Positions 38,389-49,839 of a stretch of DNA of 64,000 nucleotides are shown here, in pieces. Each line of letters opens with the position of its first letter. Position 1 is the first letter of the stretch. The DNA is from an uncultured Bacteroidota bacterium (GTDB lineage: Bacteria; Bacteroidota; Bacteroidia; JADZBD01). A model generated the notes under the pieces. It worked only from the letters and a program-made list of their open reading frames with translations. It had not been told where the DNA came from and searched no databases. The stretch covers positions 6,768-70,767 of the forward strand of contig CALEYQ010000057.1 of the NCBI GenBank assembly GCA_937924855.1, read 5' to 3'. The position numbers were made by a program, and so were the translations under genes.

Positions 38389-40656
38389 ATGGCTTTCGAT
38401 ATTGATATGATTAAAAATACCTATGCCGGCCTTGAGGCTAAGGTAAATGCTGCAAGGAAAGTGCTGAATCGTCCGCTAACCCTGACTGAAAAAATACTAT
38501 ATACCCACCTGGCGGATGATTTGCCCAAAAAGCCCTTTGAAAGAGGAAAATCCTATGTTGATTTTAAGCCCGATCGCGTTGCCATGCAGGATGCCACAGC
38601 ACAAATGGCGCTGCTTCAATTCATGCAGGCCGGAAGGCAGAGCGTTGCTGTTCCCAGCACCGTTCATTGCGATCACCTTATCGTTGCCAAATCGGGCGCG
38701 GAGGAAGATCTGAAGCGGGCCATAAAAACCAACGAAGAAGTTTTTAATTTTCTTTCTTCTGTATCGAACAAATACGGAATTGGTTTCTGGAAACCCGGAG
38801 CGGGAATTATTCATCAGGTAATTTTGGAAAATTATGCCTTCCCCGGAGGCATGATGATTGGAACCGATTCCCATACGGTAAATGCCGGAGGATTGGGAAT
38901 GGTGGCCATTGGTGTGGGAGGTGCTGATGCTTGCGATGTTATGGCCGGATTGCCCTGGGAACTCAAAATGCCCCGTTTGATCGGTGTGAAACTAACTGGA
39001 AAACTAAGCGGCTGGACTTCCTCAAAAGATGTTATTTTGAAAGTAGCCGGAATACTCACGGTGAAGGGTGGAACCGATGCCATTGTTGAATATTTTGGAG
39101 AGGGCGCCGATTCACTCTCCTGTACAGGAAAAGGCACTATTTGTAATATGGGAGCCGAAATTGGAGCCACTACTTCCATTTTCTGTTACGATGAAAAAAT
39201 GGCGGAATACCTGAAGGGAACCGGAAGAGCCGATGTGGCTAAACTTGCCGATGAAATAAAAGAACATTTGCGGGGCGACAAGGAAGTATATGAAAATCCG
39301 GACAAATTTTTCGATCAGGTTATTGAAATAAATCTTTCGGAACTTGAGCCCCATATCAATGGGCCATTTACTCCGGATCTGGCATGGCCCCTTTCTAAAT
39401 TTGCTGCCGCTGTAAAAGAAAACGGTTGGCCCGAAAAACTTGAAGTGGGCCTGATTGGTTCATGTACTAATTCTTCCTATGAAGATATTTCACGGGCAGC
39501 ATCACTGGCTAAACAAGCCGTTGACAAAAATTTAAAAGCCAAATCAGAATTTACCATTACACCCGGATCTGAACAGGTTCGATACACCGTAGAACGCGAC
39601 GGTTACCTGGGTGTGTTTGATAAAATGGGTGGGGTAGTGCTTGCTAATGCCTGCGGTCCGTGTATTGGACAGTGGGACAGGCACTCCGACGATCCCAACA
39701 GGAAAAACTCCATTATTACTTCATTTAACCGGAACTTTGCAAAACGCAACGACGGAAATCCAAACACCCATGCCTTTGTAGCCTCTCCGGAAATTGTTAC
39801 CGCCCTGGCTCTTGCCGGTAATCTTACTTTCAACCCTATGACCGATACCCTTGAAAATGAAAAAGGGGAAAAGGTGAAACTGGCAGAACCCTCCGGCATT
39901 GAAATGCCACCCAAGGGTTTTGAGGTAAAAGATGCCGGATATCAGGAACCTGCAAAAGACGGAAGCAAAGTGCAGGTTCTTGTAAACCCGGAAAGTTCCC
40001 GTTTGCAGTTGCTGGATCCTTTCCCCGCCTGGGAAGGAAGCGACCTGAAAGGCCTGAAGCTTTTAATTAAGGCAAAAGGAAAGTGTACTACCGATCACAT
40101 TTCCATGGCCGGCCCCTGGTTAAAATACCGGGGTCATCTGGATAACATTTCCAACAACATGCTGATTGGTGCGGTTAATTATTTTAACGATAAAACAAAC
40201 AGTGTTAAGAACCAGCTCACAGGTGAGTTTGATGAGGTTCCTAAAGTGCAGCGCGATTACAAGAAAAATGGAATTGGTTCTGTAGTGGTTGGTGATGAAA
40301 ACTACGGGGAAGGGTCTTCCCGAGAGCATGCTGCCATGGAGCCAAGGCACCTGGGTGTTCGTTGTGTGCTGGTTAAATCCTTTGCACGGATTCATGAAAC
40401 CAATTTGAAAAAACAGGGAATGCTGGCATTGACCTTTGCCGACAAAAAAGATTACGATAAAATTCAGGAAGACGATGTCATTGATATTTTGGGCTTAACT
40501 TCTTTTAGTCCGGATAAGCAACTAACCATTGTTTTGAATCATAAAGACGGTTCAAAAGAGGAGTTTCCGGTAAACCATTCGTATAATGAGCAACAAATAG
40601 AATGGTTTAAGGCCGGAGGTGCTTTAAATATTATCCGTGCGGGAGTGAATGCATAA
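38389..40656 (+). CDS. acnA: Aconitate hydratase (mitochondrial-type, ~755 aa)
   Basis: Full-length aconitase: [12 protein letters not shown], the Fe-S cysteine ligands in the CTNSSYEDI and [13 protein letters not shown] regions, and a C-terminal swivel domain. Confidence 0.9.
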   Translation: MAFDIDMIKNTYAGLEAKVNAARKVLNRPLTLTEKILYTHLADDLPKKPFERGKSYVDFKPDRVAMQDATAQMALLQFMQAGRQSVAVPSTVHCDHLIVAKSGAEEDLKRAIKTNEEVFNFLSSVSNKYGIGFWKPGAGIIHQVILENYAFPGGMMIGTDSHTVNAGGLGMVAIGVGGADACDVMAGLPWELKMPRLIGVKLTGKLSGWTSSKDVILKVAGILTVKGGTDAIVEYFGEGADSLSCTGKGTICNMGAEIGATTSIFCYDEKMAEYLKGTGRADVAKLADEIKEHLRGDKEVYENPDKFFDQVIEINLSELEPHINGPFTPDLAWPLSKFAAAVKENGWPEKLEVGLIGSCTNSSYEDISRAASLAKQAVDKNLKAKSEFTITPGSEQVRYTVERDGYLGVFDKMGGVVLANACGPCIGQWDRHSDDPNRKNSIITSFNRNFAKRNDGNPNTHAFVASPEIVTALALAGNLTFNPMTDTLENEKGEKVKLAEPSGIEMPPKGFEVKDAGYQEPAKDGSKVQVLVNPESSRLQLLDPFPAWEGSDLKGLKLLIKAKGKCTTDHISMAGPWLKYRGHLDNISNNMLIGAVNYFNDKTNSVKNQLTGEFDEVPKVQRDYKKNGIGSVVVGDENYGEGSSREHAAMEPRHLGVRCVLVKSFARIHETNLKKQGMLALTFADKKDYDKIQEDDVIDILGLTSFSPDKQLTIVLNHKDGSKEEFPVNHSYNEQQIEWFKAGGALNIIRAGVNA

Positions 40657-41746
40657 ATTCGGGGCCAAATGGCCCCTTTTTTCTGTGAAAAAACGTACGC
40701 TTTATTTGTTCCTTTTCCTGATTGCCGGAAGTTCCGCCTGGGCTCAGTATGATTCGAATTATGTCCGAAAGTTTTCAAACCGTCTGATAATTTCACTTTT
40801 TCAAACCGAATCGAAATACACGCTATCCCTTGATCAGCCGCTGGTTGCAGACACGGGAAAGGTTTCTGCCCCTTCATGGATCAGCCCCGGAAACAGAATT
40901 TCAGGATTCAGCATTGATTACGACAAGCTTTCTCTTTCTCTGGGGTTCAAAACTCCTCGTACCGACGCCGACATTCAAAAGAGAGGAAAAACGGTATACA
41001 ATTTTCTGATGGCTTCCGTTTCCTGGAAAAAATTCAGGTTCGAAGGTTCCTACCGTAATTATAAAGGATTTTACGATGAAAAAACTCCCAATTACGATAC
41101 CGCCTTTACCCCGGGAAATACGGTTCCTTACCATCTGAACCCTTCCTTGTCAAGCCGCGATTTGAGAATTAAAACCTTGTATTTTGTTAACCGGAAAGGC
41201 CGTTTCAATTATAATTCGGCCTATTCATATACTTATAGGCAACTCAAAACGGCCGGCTCCTTCATGCTGGTTGGAAATCTGTACCACATGGATATGGCCA
41301 GCGATACCGGTTTCCTGCCCGGACCTGCTGTTCCTTTTTATGATGATTGGGGAAAATTGAAAAGTTATCAGGCTTTCGGTTTTTCCATTAATCCGGGCTA
41401 TTCCTTCAACCTTATTTTGGGTAAGCGGTTCTTCCTTAATCTTACTGCCTCACTGGGGACCTCCTTGTACCATCGGACCCTGAAAACACTCGACGATCGC
41501 ACTTCCATGAATAACTGGGCCTTTCAGTGGGCGGCGGGAGATTTCAGGGCAGCTCTCGGATTCAGCAACAATAATTTTTTTATGGCCCTGAACTCTAAAG
41601 TAGATAACACATTGTTTAATCAAAAACGGTTTAATCTGGCAACCTCCTTTTATTCGGGTGGCTTTGTTATAGGTTACCGCTTTCCTTTCCGGGAAAGAAA
41701 CTGGCTCAAATGGTTAAAGGAAACAGAAGTTTATAAAGTAATATAA
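40649..41746 (+). CDS. Outer-membrane beta-barrel-like hypothetical protein
   Basis: 365 aa. Signal peptide ...[16 protein letters not shown]. The start overlaps the aconitase stop by 8 nt; an alternative GTG start is at 40688. Confidence 0.5.
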   Translation: MHKFGAKWPLFSVKKRTLYLFLFLIAGSSAWAQYDSNYVRKFSNRLIISLFQTESKYTLSLDQPLVADTGKVSAPSWISPGNRISGFSIDYDKLSLSLGFKTPRTDADIQKRGKTVYNFLMASVSWKKFRFEGSYRNYKGFYDEKTPNYDTAFTPGNTVPYHLNPSLSSRDLRIKTLYFVNRKGRFNYNSAYSYTYRQLKTAGSFMLVGNLYHMDMASDTGFLPGPAVPFYDDWGKLKSYQAFGFSINPGYSFNLILGKRFFLNLTASLGTSLYHRTLKTLDDRTSMNNWAFQWAAGDFRAALGFSNNNFFMALNSKVDNTLFNQKRFNLATSFYSGGFVIGYRFPFRERNWLKWLKETEVYKVI

Positions 41747-42267
41747 TGAGCAAAAGCCCTTTTGTAATACATGGGAAATTTGGTAAGGGTAAAATCCTGG
41801 ACCAGGAGGGAGATATGTACAGAATTGATTTCGGGAAATTCGGAATCTATGAAATCTCCGCTCATTCCCCTGAACTTGAATTTTTGGAAGCATTAAATGA
41901 TAAATCCATGAATGAAGAAAATCTGAAATCAGCCCTGAAAAGCGTATTGATGGAATTGGATGTTTACCCGGGTTATGTGAAACTGGGATCCAAATGGAAA
42001 CAGGGTAAATTAATTTTACAGCCTGGACAGGAAGGGGCCAAAGAAAAAGAAATACCCCTGGAAACTTTTTTCCATAAAATTGTAATGGTGCGCGACCGCC
42101 TCCGGGTTCTCGAACAACAGATTAACAGCCATAAAGTGCTTTCCGATTCCGAGAAAGTAAACCTGCAACAGTACATAACCCGGATTTATGGCTCCCTGAC
42201 TTCTTTTAATTTGTTATTTGCCGAAAAAGAAGACTATTTTGTGGGCGATAAATCTTCCGAAGAATGA
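41746..42267 (+). CDS. Hypothetical cytoplasmic protein
   Basis: 173 aa. TAATG overlap with the upstream gene and ATGA overlap with the downstream gene. No recognisable motifs. Confidence 0.45.
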   Translation: MSKSPFVIHGKFGKGKILDQEGDMYRIDFGKFGIYEISAHSPELEFLEALNDKSMNEENLKSALKSVLMELDVYPGYVKLGSKWKQGKLILQPGQEGAKEKEIPLETFFHKIVMVRDRLRVLEQQINSHKVLSDSEKVNLQQYITRIYGSLTSFNLLFAEKEDYFVGDKSSEE

Positions 42268-43541
42268 AATCGCCCATCAGGGGAAATAAAAAAATTGTTT
42301 TTGCCTGGACCTTTTACGACTGGGCAAACTCGGTATATCCCCTGATTATTACAAGTGCTATTTTTCCTATTTTTTACGAATCGGCTACCCAGCAGGATCT
42401 TGGCGGGCATATTTTTGCCTTCGGGCGTGATTTTCTGAATACCGAATTTTATTCCTATGTTATTTCTCTTTCCTTTCTGGTAGTTTCCTTTTCTGCCCCT
42501 TTGCTTTCAGGAGTTGCTGATTATGCAGGAAAGAAAAAATTCTTCATGCAGATATTCTGCTACCTCGGTGCCCTGAGTTGTTGTTCGTTATACTTTTTTG
42601 ATACCGATAATGTGGTGTTGAGTATGCTGGGAGTCTTTTTTGCCAGTATTGGATTTAACGGATCTCTCGTTTTTTATAACGCTTTTCTTCCCGAAATTGC
42701 CGAACCGCTCAACCAGGATCGCGTAAGTGCACGGGGATTTGCCATGGGCTATGTGGGGTCGGCTCTCCTGCTGATTACAAATCTCGTACTTCTTAAAGTG
42801 TTTGACATGAATGTGAGATGGTGCTTTGTGCTAACCGGAATCTGGTGGATAGGTTTTGCCCAGATTCCTTTCGCCATCCTTCCAAATAATGTGTTCGGAC
42901 GAAAAACCCAGGGAAATGTTCTTTTAATGGGATTCCGGGAATTAAAAAAGGTAATGATTGAGCTTCGCCAATTACCCCGTTTAAAGCGCTTTTTGTCGTC
43001 CTATTTCGTGTATTCCATGGGTGTGCAAACGGTAATGCTGATGGCCGTGTTGTTTGCCAAACAGGAAATTAAGGGTCTGGAAGACTCCGACCTTATCATT
43101 AGCATTTTGCTCATTCAGTTTGTAGGGGTAGGAGGGGCCTTCTTGTTTTCCTGGCTGAGCGAGAGACTCGGAAATATCAAAGGCCTGGGAATTGCTTTGA
43201 TAATCTGGATTTTGATTTGCGTTTATACATATTCGCAGGTTGACTCCCCCTCGGAATTTTATGTAGTGGCGGGATTAGTTGGGCTGGTAATGGGAGGCAT
43301 ACAATCTCTTTCACGATCAACCTATTCCAAGCTCCTTCCGGATACAGAAGATCATGCCAGCTTCTTTAGTTTTTTTGATGTAAGTGAAAAAATTGCCATT
43401 GTAATCGGAACCTTTAGCTGGGGATTCATTAATGGTTTTACGGGTTCGATGCGAACCTCCATTTTATCACTCATTGTGTTTTTTATTGTCGGTTTTCTCC
43501 TGCTTCTAACCATCCCTAAAGATTCCCGGGTGGAAAAGTAG
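42264..43541 (+). CDS. MFS transporter, UMF1 (Atg22-like) family
   Basis: 425 aa, 12 TM. N-terminal FAWTFYDWANSVYPLIITSAIFPIFYE is characteristic of UMF1. Confidence 0.7.
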   Translation: MKSPIRGNKKIVFAWTFYDWANSVYPLIITSAIFPIFYESATQQDLGGHIFAFGRDFLNTEFYSYVISLSFLVVSFSAPLLSGVADYAGKKKFFMQIFCYLGALSCCSLYFFDTDNVVLSMLGVFFASIGFNGSLVFYNAFLPEIAEPLNQDRVSARGFAMGYVGSALLLITNLVLLKVFDMNVRWCFVLTGIWWIGFAQIPFAILPNNVFGRKTQGNVLLMGFRELKKVMIELRQLPRLKRFLSSYFVYSMGVQTVMLMAVLFAKQEIKGLEDSDLIISILLIQFVGVGGAFLFSWLSERLGNIKGLGIALIIWILICVYTYSQVDSPSEFYVVAGLVGLVMGGIQSLSRSTYSKLLPDTEDHASFFSFFDVSEKIAIVIGTFSWGFINGFTGSMRTSILSLIVFFIVGFLLLLTIPKDSRVEK

Positions 43542-43564
43542 GATTATTTGTAATTTTACCATCT

Positions 43565-44284
43565 ATGCTGGTTGACCTTTTTATCCCCTGTTTTATTGAT
43601 CAGTTTTTTCCTGAAACCGCCTTTAATATGATAAAGGTGCTTGAAAAGGCAGGCTGCCGGGTGCATTATAACCCCGAACAAACCTGCTGCGGACAACCCG
43701 CTTTTAACGCAGGGTTTTGGGATGATTGTAAGGAAGTAGCCGAAAAACTGATTCTTGAATTTCCCAATGACAGGCCCATTGTGTCCCCTTCGGCATCCTG
43801 CGTTGGAATGATCAAAAATTATTACCCGAAAATGTTTCACAATTCCGTACTGCATAATGAATGCCGCTCGGTGCAAAAAAATATCTATGAGTTTTCCGAT
43901 TTTCTGGTGAACGTGTTGAAGAAAACCGAATTCGGTTCCCGGCTTGAAGGCCTGGCTACCTATCATGACAGTTGCAGCGGACTTCGTGAAGTTGGAATAA
44001 AAAAGGAGCCAAGGGTATTGCTGTCCGGAGTTCAGGGACTGAAAATGGTAGAAATGGAAGATACCGACTCCTGTTGCGGATTTGGCGGAACCTTTGCGGT
44101 AAAATTCGAACCGGTTTCCGTGGGAATGGCGGAACAAAAAGTGAAATGTGCGGAATCCACTAAAGCTGATTTTCTTATTTCTACCGATTACAGTTGTTTA
44201 ATGCATATCGATGGTTATTTAAAAAAACAAAATAAGCCCATGAAGGTTATGCATCTCGCCGATGTTTTAGCCAGTGGTATTTAA
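43565..44284 (+). CDS. lutA: (Fe-S)-binding CCG-domain protein, LutA/GlpC-like
   Basis: 239 aa. Two cysteine-rich CCG motifs: PCFIDQ...CCGQP and CSGLRE...CCGFGG. Confidence 0.75.
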   Translation: MLVDLFIPCFIDQFFPETAFNMIKVLEKAGCRVHYNPEQTCCGQPAFNAGFWDDCKEVAEKLILEFPNDRPIVSPSASCVGMIKNYYPKMFHNSVLHNECRSVQKNIYEFSDFLVNVLKKTEFGSRLEGLATYHDSCSGLREVGIKKEPRVLLSGVQGLKMVEMEDTDSCCGFGGTFAVKFEPVSVGMAEQKVKCAESTKADFLISTDYSCLMHIDGYLKKQNKPMKVMHLADVLASGI

Positions 44285-44287
44285 AAA

Positions 44288-44767
44288 ATGAATGAATTTT
44301 TTGAGCAGTTGGTATCTTATAACCTCTGGGCTAACAGAAGACTGGGGGATTATTTGTTGAAGATAGATCCAGCGAATCTCGATCGGGAAATTGTATCCAG
44401 TTTCCCTTCGATCCGGAAAACCGTGCATCATATCTGGGATGCTGAATTGATCTGGTTGGCCCGGATTGAAGGCGAAGTACTCGACTGGCCCCCTTCGGCG
44501 GCTTTTAAAAATCCTGCTATTGATCAATTTGCAAATACTTCGGAAAGGTTTCTCCTGAAAACCCGTGAATTCAGCCCGGGCGATGAATCGCGATTGATTC
44601 ATTTTAATGATTCACGAGGAAAACCATATTCCCGCCGGCTGGGTGATATTATCATGCATTGCATGAATCATTCTACCTTCCACAGGGGGCAATTGATTAC
44701 CCTGTTCCGTCAATGCGAGTTATCTGATATCCCAAATACCGATTTAATCAATTTTAAAAGAGAATAG
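44288..44767 (+). CDS. DinB/YfiT-family metal-dependent hydrolase-like protein
   Basis: 159 aa. YNLWANRRL and HHIWDAELIWL...H.STFHRGQ are the histidine triad of the DinB_2 family. Confidence 0.7.
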   Translation: MNEFFEQLVSYNLWANRRLGDYLLKIDPANLDREIVSSFPSIRKTVHHIWDAELIWLARIEGEVLDWPPSAAFKNPAIDQFANTSERFLLKTREFSPGDESRLIHFNDSRGKPYSRRLGDIIMHCMNHSTFHRGQLITLFRQCELSDIPNTDLINFKRE

Positions 44768-45412
44768 CTCCGGAAACATCCGGTTAAGCATGTCTTTTAT
44801 GTTCGGGTAGGAACCTTCCAAAAGTTGAATGGCCTTTTCGTGATTTGCCCAAACGGCTTTTTCAATAGCCTCTTCCTTTTGTGGATACAGCGCAGGTGAT
44901 CCAGCAACCTCCATGGGAAACCACCAGGTTTCTTTTAATACGGGCTTTTTTCGTTCACGGTAAAAATGATAACCGTGAACAGCCGCACCGGTAATTGTAA
45001 GCCCGCTTAAACCGCACTCTTCCTCAACTTCCCTTAATGCACCCTTTTCCGGCGACTCGCCGGGATCGAGTTTACCCTTGGGCAAATCCCATAAGCCCTT
45101 TCGCAAAATTAACAACCATTCATCGTTTTCGTTTTTTACCACTCCTCCACCTGCTCTGATAAAACCCCATAATTTTCCCAGCCGGCCAATAACCTTTGCC
45201 TCCTCATTCGAATAAATGAATAATTTTTTTTCATCGCTTTTTAAAAATGCATTAATTCCATTCCATAATGAAGCCTCGTCAGAAGGGGAAAAGCCTCCGG
45301 AAAGTCCCGCTTCCTCAAAATCGGATGAAGGGCCCGTAAGGATGGTTTTGTTTTCTAAAAAAATCTTTTTCAAACTAAACGGTTTAAGCAGGAAAAAAAA
45401 TATCTTTGTCAA
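44744..45412 (-). CDS. NUDIX hydrolase
   Basis: Nudix box GKLDPGESPEKGALREVEEECGL. The true start may be internal. Confidence 0.75.
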   Translation of the reverse strand: MTKIFFFLLKPFSLKKIFLENKTILTGPSSDFEEAGLSGGFSPSDEASLWNGINAFLKSDEKKLFIYSNEEAKVIGRLGKLWGFIRAGGGVVKNENDEWLLILRKGLWDLPKGKLDPGESPEKGALREVEEECGLSGLTITGAAVHGYHFYRERKKPVLKETWWFPMEVAGSPALYPQKEEAIEKAVWANHEKAIQLLEGSYPNIKDMLNRMFPELFSFKID

Positions 45413-46063
45413 ATGCTATTTAACACGGAATCAGCCCATAAAATTGCTGAATTTCTACTCCAAATCAAAGCCATTAAATTACAGCCCTCAAAACCCTTTA
45501 CCTGGGCTTCAGGTTGGAAATCTCCTATTTATTGCGATAACCGGAAAACCCTGTCTCATCCCAAGGTGAGAACTTACATCCGCCAGCAATTTACTAAAGT
45601 TGTGGAAGAAAAATTCGGGAAACCCGATGTAATTGCCGGTGTGGCAACGGGAGCAATTGCCCATGGGGTGCTTGTGGCTCAGGATTTGGGTCTTCCCTTT
45701 ATTTATGTAAGACCTGAACCCAAAAAACACGGCCTTGAAAACCTGATAGAAGGGGAAATTGAAAAAGGTCAATCGGTTGTACTGATTGAAGACCTGGTCT
45801 CAACCGGTGGAAGTAGCCTGAAAGCAGTTGAGGCGCTTCGGAAAGCAGGTGTTGAAGTAAAAGGAATGTCATCTATTTTTTCCTACGGTTTTAAGGCAGC
45901 CAGCGATAATTTTAAAAAATCGAAATGCGACCTTATTACTTTGTGCAACTACGAAATTCTGATGAAAAAGGCCGTTGAGAAAGATTATATTTCCGAATCA
46001 GACCTCACCTCCATGAAATTGTGGAGAGATAATCCCGCCGAATGGGGCCTTCAAAAGAAATAG
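45413..46063 (+). CDS. pyrE: Orotate phosphoribosyltransferase
   Basis: 216 aa. FTWASGWKSPIYCDNR and the PRPP-binding VVLIEDLVSTGGS. Confidence 0.9.
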   Translation: MLFNTESAHKIAEFLLQIKAIKLQPSKPFTWASGWKSPIYCDNRKTLSHPKVRTYIRQQFTKVVEEKFGKPDVIAGVATGAIAHGVLVAQDLGLPFIYVRPEPKKHGLENLIEGEIEKGQSVVLIEDLVSTGGSSLKAVEALRKAGVEVKGMSSIFSYGFKAASDNFKKSKCDLITLCNYEILMKKAVEKDYISESDLTSMKLWRDNPAEWGLQKK

Positions 46064-46066
46064 AAA

Positions 46067-46474
46067 ATGAGCAAAACCCTTATAGAAAGTAACATCGTTG
46101 AGATAGAAAACTCCCGGGAAAATGTTTTTTCCTTTTTGTCCGACTTCAATAATTTTGAAAAATTAATGCCCCCCCAGGTTACTAAATGGCAGTCGACAAA
46201 CGATACCTGCTCATTTGTGATTAACGGGATGGCAACCATAGGCATGAAAATGGTCGGGAAAACTCCTCCGGAAAAAATTGCCATCGAATCGGCTGGTGAT
46301 AAAATCCCACTTCAGTTTAATCTGGATGTTCATTTGAAGGATACGGGTTCCGGAAAATGTCAGGGGCAACTTATTTTTTCTTCCGACATGAATCCCATGA
46401 TGAAAATGATGGTGGAAAAGCCCCTTACCAACTTTTTCAATCTCCTGGCCGAAAAAATGAAGGAGATTAAATAA
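46067..46474 (+). CDS. SRPBCC (polyketide cyclase/START-like) family protein
   Basis: 135 aa. VFSFLSDFNNFEKLMP-type N-terminus. Confidence 0.6.
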   Translation: MSKTLIESNIVEIENSRENVFSFLSDFNNFEKLMPPQVTKWQSTNDTCSFVINGMATIGMKMVGKTPPEKIAIESAGDKIPLQFNLDVHLKDTGSGKCQGQLIFSSDMNPMMKMMVEKPLTNFFNLLAEKMKEIK

Positions 46475-47234
46475 GCCATTCGAGCCCCTGTAAATAGTAT
46501 TCCCTGATTATTCCGTCATTCAGGTTTTTTACTCTGATTTTACCGGTTTCAGTTACATCTTCCGGTTTGCCGGTGAATTCGCCGGTTGCATCACGAAACT
46601 TTACTTCCTTCCCAAGGCCGAACAATTTTGTTTTGTATTCATTCAACAGGCTTTTTCTCCCAGGGCCCCTGAAACGCTCCCAATAGTTTTGAAAGTGAAT
46701 TAAGAATTTATTCAAGGCTAATTCGGGAGGAAGATTTTTTTTCGTGTGTTTTATTAGAGATGTAGTGGCCCTTCCCGGAATTTCGGGGTGCCCGTTTAAA
46801 TTAATTCCAACCCCGACAACACTCCACGAAATTTGATCCCCCTGAATAATGTTTTCAATTAATATTCCCCCTGCTTTCCTGCCGTTTATTAGAATGTCAT
46901 TCGGCCATTTTATCAGGATTTCGGGCTCATCCTCCGTATTTGACAGTTCTTCCGCCACAAAGGCATGGGCCGCCAATGCCGTTAAAATGGAGAGGGAAAA
47001 CCCACCGGTGTCTATTTTTACCCCGGGATTCAGAACTATACTCAGGGTAAGCCCCATGCCGGCTTCACTCTCCCATACCTTTTCGCGCTGTCCTCGGCCG
47101 CGCTCCTGTTGTACGGTATAAATCACATCTCCCGCCCCGGCAACCCCCGATTTTATCATTTCAAGGGCTTTGGAATTGGTCGATTCAAGAACCGGAAAAT
47201 GATGCACTTTATACTCCTGCAGACTTGTCTCCAT
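46467..47234 (-). CDS. birA: Biotin--[acetyl-CoA-carboxylase] ligase (group I, no HTH)
   Basis: 255 aa. The QQERGRGQREKVWESEAG motif (GRGRxGRxW). Confidence 0.85.
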   Translation of the reverse strand: METSLQEYKVHHFPVLESTNSKALEMIKSGVAGAGDVIYTVQQERGRGQREKVWESEAGMGLTLSIVLNPGVKIDTGGFSLSILTALAAHAFVAEELSNTEDEPEILIKWPNDILINGRKAGGILIENIIQGDQISWSVVGVGINLNGHPEIPGRATTSLIKHTKKNLPPELALNKFLIHFQNYWERFRGPGRKSLLNEYKTKLFGLGKEVKFRDATGEFTGKPEDVTETGKIRVKNLNDGIIREYYLQGLEWLI

Positions 47235-47309
47235 TTTGTTGATTATCAGGAACTAAATTAAAACTATTTAGGGATTTTTGATTAACTTTGGACTCCATAA
47301 TTTCAGGGC

Positions 47310-47705
47310 ATGGCAAAAAGAAAAACAAAACCAAAATCCCCGTCGAAACAATCCGACCCTTCGCTTTCGCTTGCTCATGCCGCCATTGAAGGAATCCAGG
47401 AAAAAAAAGGCAATAACGTGGTGCTGATAAATCTGAAGGAAATTACAACCGCAGTTTGCGACTACTTTGTAATTTGTGAAGGAAATTCCAAAACCCAGGT
47501 TGAAGCCATTGCTGATTCTGTAGAGGACCAGATTAAGAAAAAAGAAAAAACAAAACCCTGGCATTCGGAAGGATTTGGAAATGCGGAATGGATTTTGCTG
47601 GACTATGGAAATGTTGTAGTGCATATATTTCAGCCTGAAACCCGGTCTTTTTATCAATTGGAAGAACTGTGGGCAGATGGCGTAACCCAAAAAATTCCGG
47701 GCTAA
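47310..47705 (+). CDS. rsfS: Ribosome silencing factor RsfS (Iojap)
   Basis: 131 aa. Lys-rich N-terminal extension, then DYFVICEGNSKTQVEAIADSVED and EWILLDYGNVVVHIF. Confidence 0.85.
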   Translation: MAKRKTKPKSPSKQSDPSLSLAHAAIEGIQEKKGNNVVLINLKEITTAVCDYFVICEGNSKTQVEAIADSVEDQIKKKEKTKPWHSEGFGNAEWILLDYGNVVVHIFQPETRSFYQLEELWADGVTQKIPG

Positions 47706-47709
47706 GATT

Positions 47710-49839
47710 ATGAGTGAAGAAAATAAAGAAACTGAAAATAAAGAAGGTTCCGGCAAGCAGGGCGGAATGGGAAAGCTGAAAAACAAGCTCCCAAAAAAAC
47801 CACAATTGCCTAAAAACAACTTTAATTATTATTGGATTTATGTGGCTTTGGTGTTAATCCTCCTAAGCCTGAGCATTTTTGATTTCCGGGGATCCCCCGA
47901 ACCCATTTCCTGGTCGGCCTTTTCCACCGCCCTGAAAAATCAGGAAATAGACAGGATTGATATTATTAATAAGCGGGAGGCCGAAATTTATATTAAGCCC
48001 GAAATTCTTCAGAAGGATCCGGCGCATAAGAAAGTAAAGTTCAACAAGGGACCCCATTACGCATATAAAATACCGGAAGTGGGAAATTTTATGGCCATGG
48101 TGCGCGAAGTACAGGCCACACTTCCCGAAACCGAAAGAATTACGCCGGAAGACAAAGAAAGATACGAATGGACGGACCAGCTCGGTTGGATTTTACCCAT
48201 CCTGATAATGATTCTTCTTTGGGTGTTTATTATGCGTCGCATGAGTGGCGGACAAAGTGGTCCGGGTCAGATTTTTAATATAGGAAAATCGAAAGCCCAG
48301 CTTTTCGATAAGGATACCCATGTTACCATCACATTCAATGATGTGGCCGGCCTGGATGAAGCTAAAGTGGAACTGAAAGAAATCGTTGATTTTTTAAAGA
48401 CCCCCAAAAAATATACCCAGCTGGGTGCAAAAATTCCTAAAGGTGCTTTGCTTGTGGGTCCTCCCGGAACCGGGAAAACCCTGCTTGCCAAAGCAGTTGC
48501 CGGTGAGGCTAAAGTTCCCTTCTTTTCCCTGAGCGGTTCCGACTTCGTTGACATGTTTGTCGGAGTGGGTGCTTCAAGGGTTCGCGACCTTTTCCGCCAG
48601 GCTAAGGAAAAAGCACCCTGCATAATTTTCATTGACGAAATCGACGCTATTGGAAGGGCCAGAGGAAGATCTATTTCTCACGGCGCTAATGATGAAAGGG
48701 AAAATACCCTGAATCAGCTTCTCACCGAAATGGACGGTTTTGGATCGAATAGCGGGGTTATTATACTTGCCGCAACCAACCGCGCTGATATTCTCGACAG
48801 AGCCCTTTTGCGGGCCGGTCGGTTCGACAGGCAGATTTATGTTGATATGCCTGATCTGAATGAAAGAAAAGAAATTTTCCTTGTGCATCTGCGCCCACTG
48901 AAACTTGCCAAAGACCTGGATGTGGATTTTCTCGCCCGTCAGACCCCCGGATTTTCAGGTGCGGATATTGCCAATATTTGTAACGAAGCTGCACTGATCG
49001 CTGCCCGGAATAATAAATCCGAAGTGGATAAACAGGATTTTCTGGATGCCGTAGACAGAATTGTAGGCGGGTTGGAAAAACGAAATAAAATTATTTCTCC
49101 CGAAGAAAAGAAAGTTATTGCTTTCCATGAGGCCGGACATGCAACCGTAAGCTGGCTCGTAAAACATGCTTCTCCCTTAGTTAAAGTTACCATTGTTCCG
49201 CGGGGACGATCTCTGGGAGCCGCATGGTATCTGCCTGAAGAAAGACAAATTACCACCGCAGAACAAATTTATGATGAAATGTGCGCTGCCCTTGGTGGAA
49301 GAGCCGCTGAGGAGATAATTTTTGGAAAGGTTTCCACCGGAGCCCTGTCCGATTTAGAGAAAATTACAAAACAGGCCTACGCCATGGTAGTTTATTATGG
49401 CCTGAACGATAAAATAGGAAACATAAGTTATTACGATTCCAGTGGTCAGGCTGATATGGGTTTCCAAAAACCATATAGCGAGAAAACGGCCGAAACCATA
49501 GATGGAGAAGTACGCAAACTGGTTGAAAACTGTTATTCAAGGACCTTAAAAATTCTGGAAGAGAACAAGGAAAAACTTATTAAGCTTGCTAACCAACTGT
49601 TGGAAAAGGAAGTGATTTTCAAGGAAGACCTGGAAGAGATTTTCGGGAAAAGGCCCTTTGATGAGCCCGAGAAAAATGAGAAAAAAGAAAATCAGTCCGG
49701 TCCGGTTAATGGCAAGCCTTCCGAAAGTAATGTTGAAAAGAAGGAATCGCCCGATTCAGAAGTAAGTGTCGAAACTGAAAAAGCAAAAGACAAACCAGAG
49801 GATCCCCCTAAAAAAGACGATAACCCTACCTTGTTTTAA
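47710..49839 (+). CDS. ftsH: ATP-dependent zinc metalloprotease FtsH
   Basis: 709 aa. Two TM helices, Walker [12 protein letters not shown], the HEAGH zinc site, and a C-terminal acidic/Lys-rich tail. Confidence 0.95.
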   Translation: MSEENKETENKEGSGKQGGMGKLKNKLPKKPQLPKNNFNYYWIYVALVLILLSLSIFDFRGSPEPISWSAFSTALKNQEIDRIDIINKREAEIYIKPEILQKDPAHKKVKFNKGPHYAYKIPEVGNFMAMVREVQATLPETERITPEDKERYEWTDQLGWILPILIMILLWVFIMRRMSGGQSGPGQIFNIGKSKAQLFDKDTHVTITFNDVAGLDEAKVELKEIVDFLKTPKKYTQLGAKIPKGALLVGPPGTGKTLLAKAVAGEAKVPFFSLSGSDFVDMFVGVGASRVRDLFRQAKEKAPCIIFIDEIDAIGRARGRSISHGANDERENTLNQLLTEMDGFGSNSGVIILAATNRADILDRALLRAGRFDRQIYVDMPDLNERKEIFLVHLRPLKLAKDLDVDFLARQTPGFSGADIANICNEAALIAARNNKSEVDKQDFLDAVDRIVGGLEKRNKIISPEEKKVIAFHEAGHATVSWLVKHASPLVKVTIVPRGRSLGAAWYLPEERQITTAEQIYDEMCAALGGRAAEEIIFGKVSTGALSDLEKITKQAYAMVVYYGLNDKIGNISYYDSSGQADMGFQKPYSEKTAETIDGEVRKLVENCYSRTLKILEENKEKLIKLANQLLEKEVIFKEDLEEIFGKRPFDEPEKNEKKENQSGPVNGKPSESNVEKKESPDSEVSVETEKAKDKPEDPPKKDDNPTLF

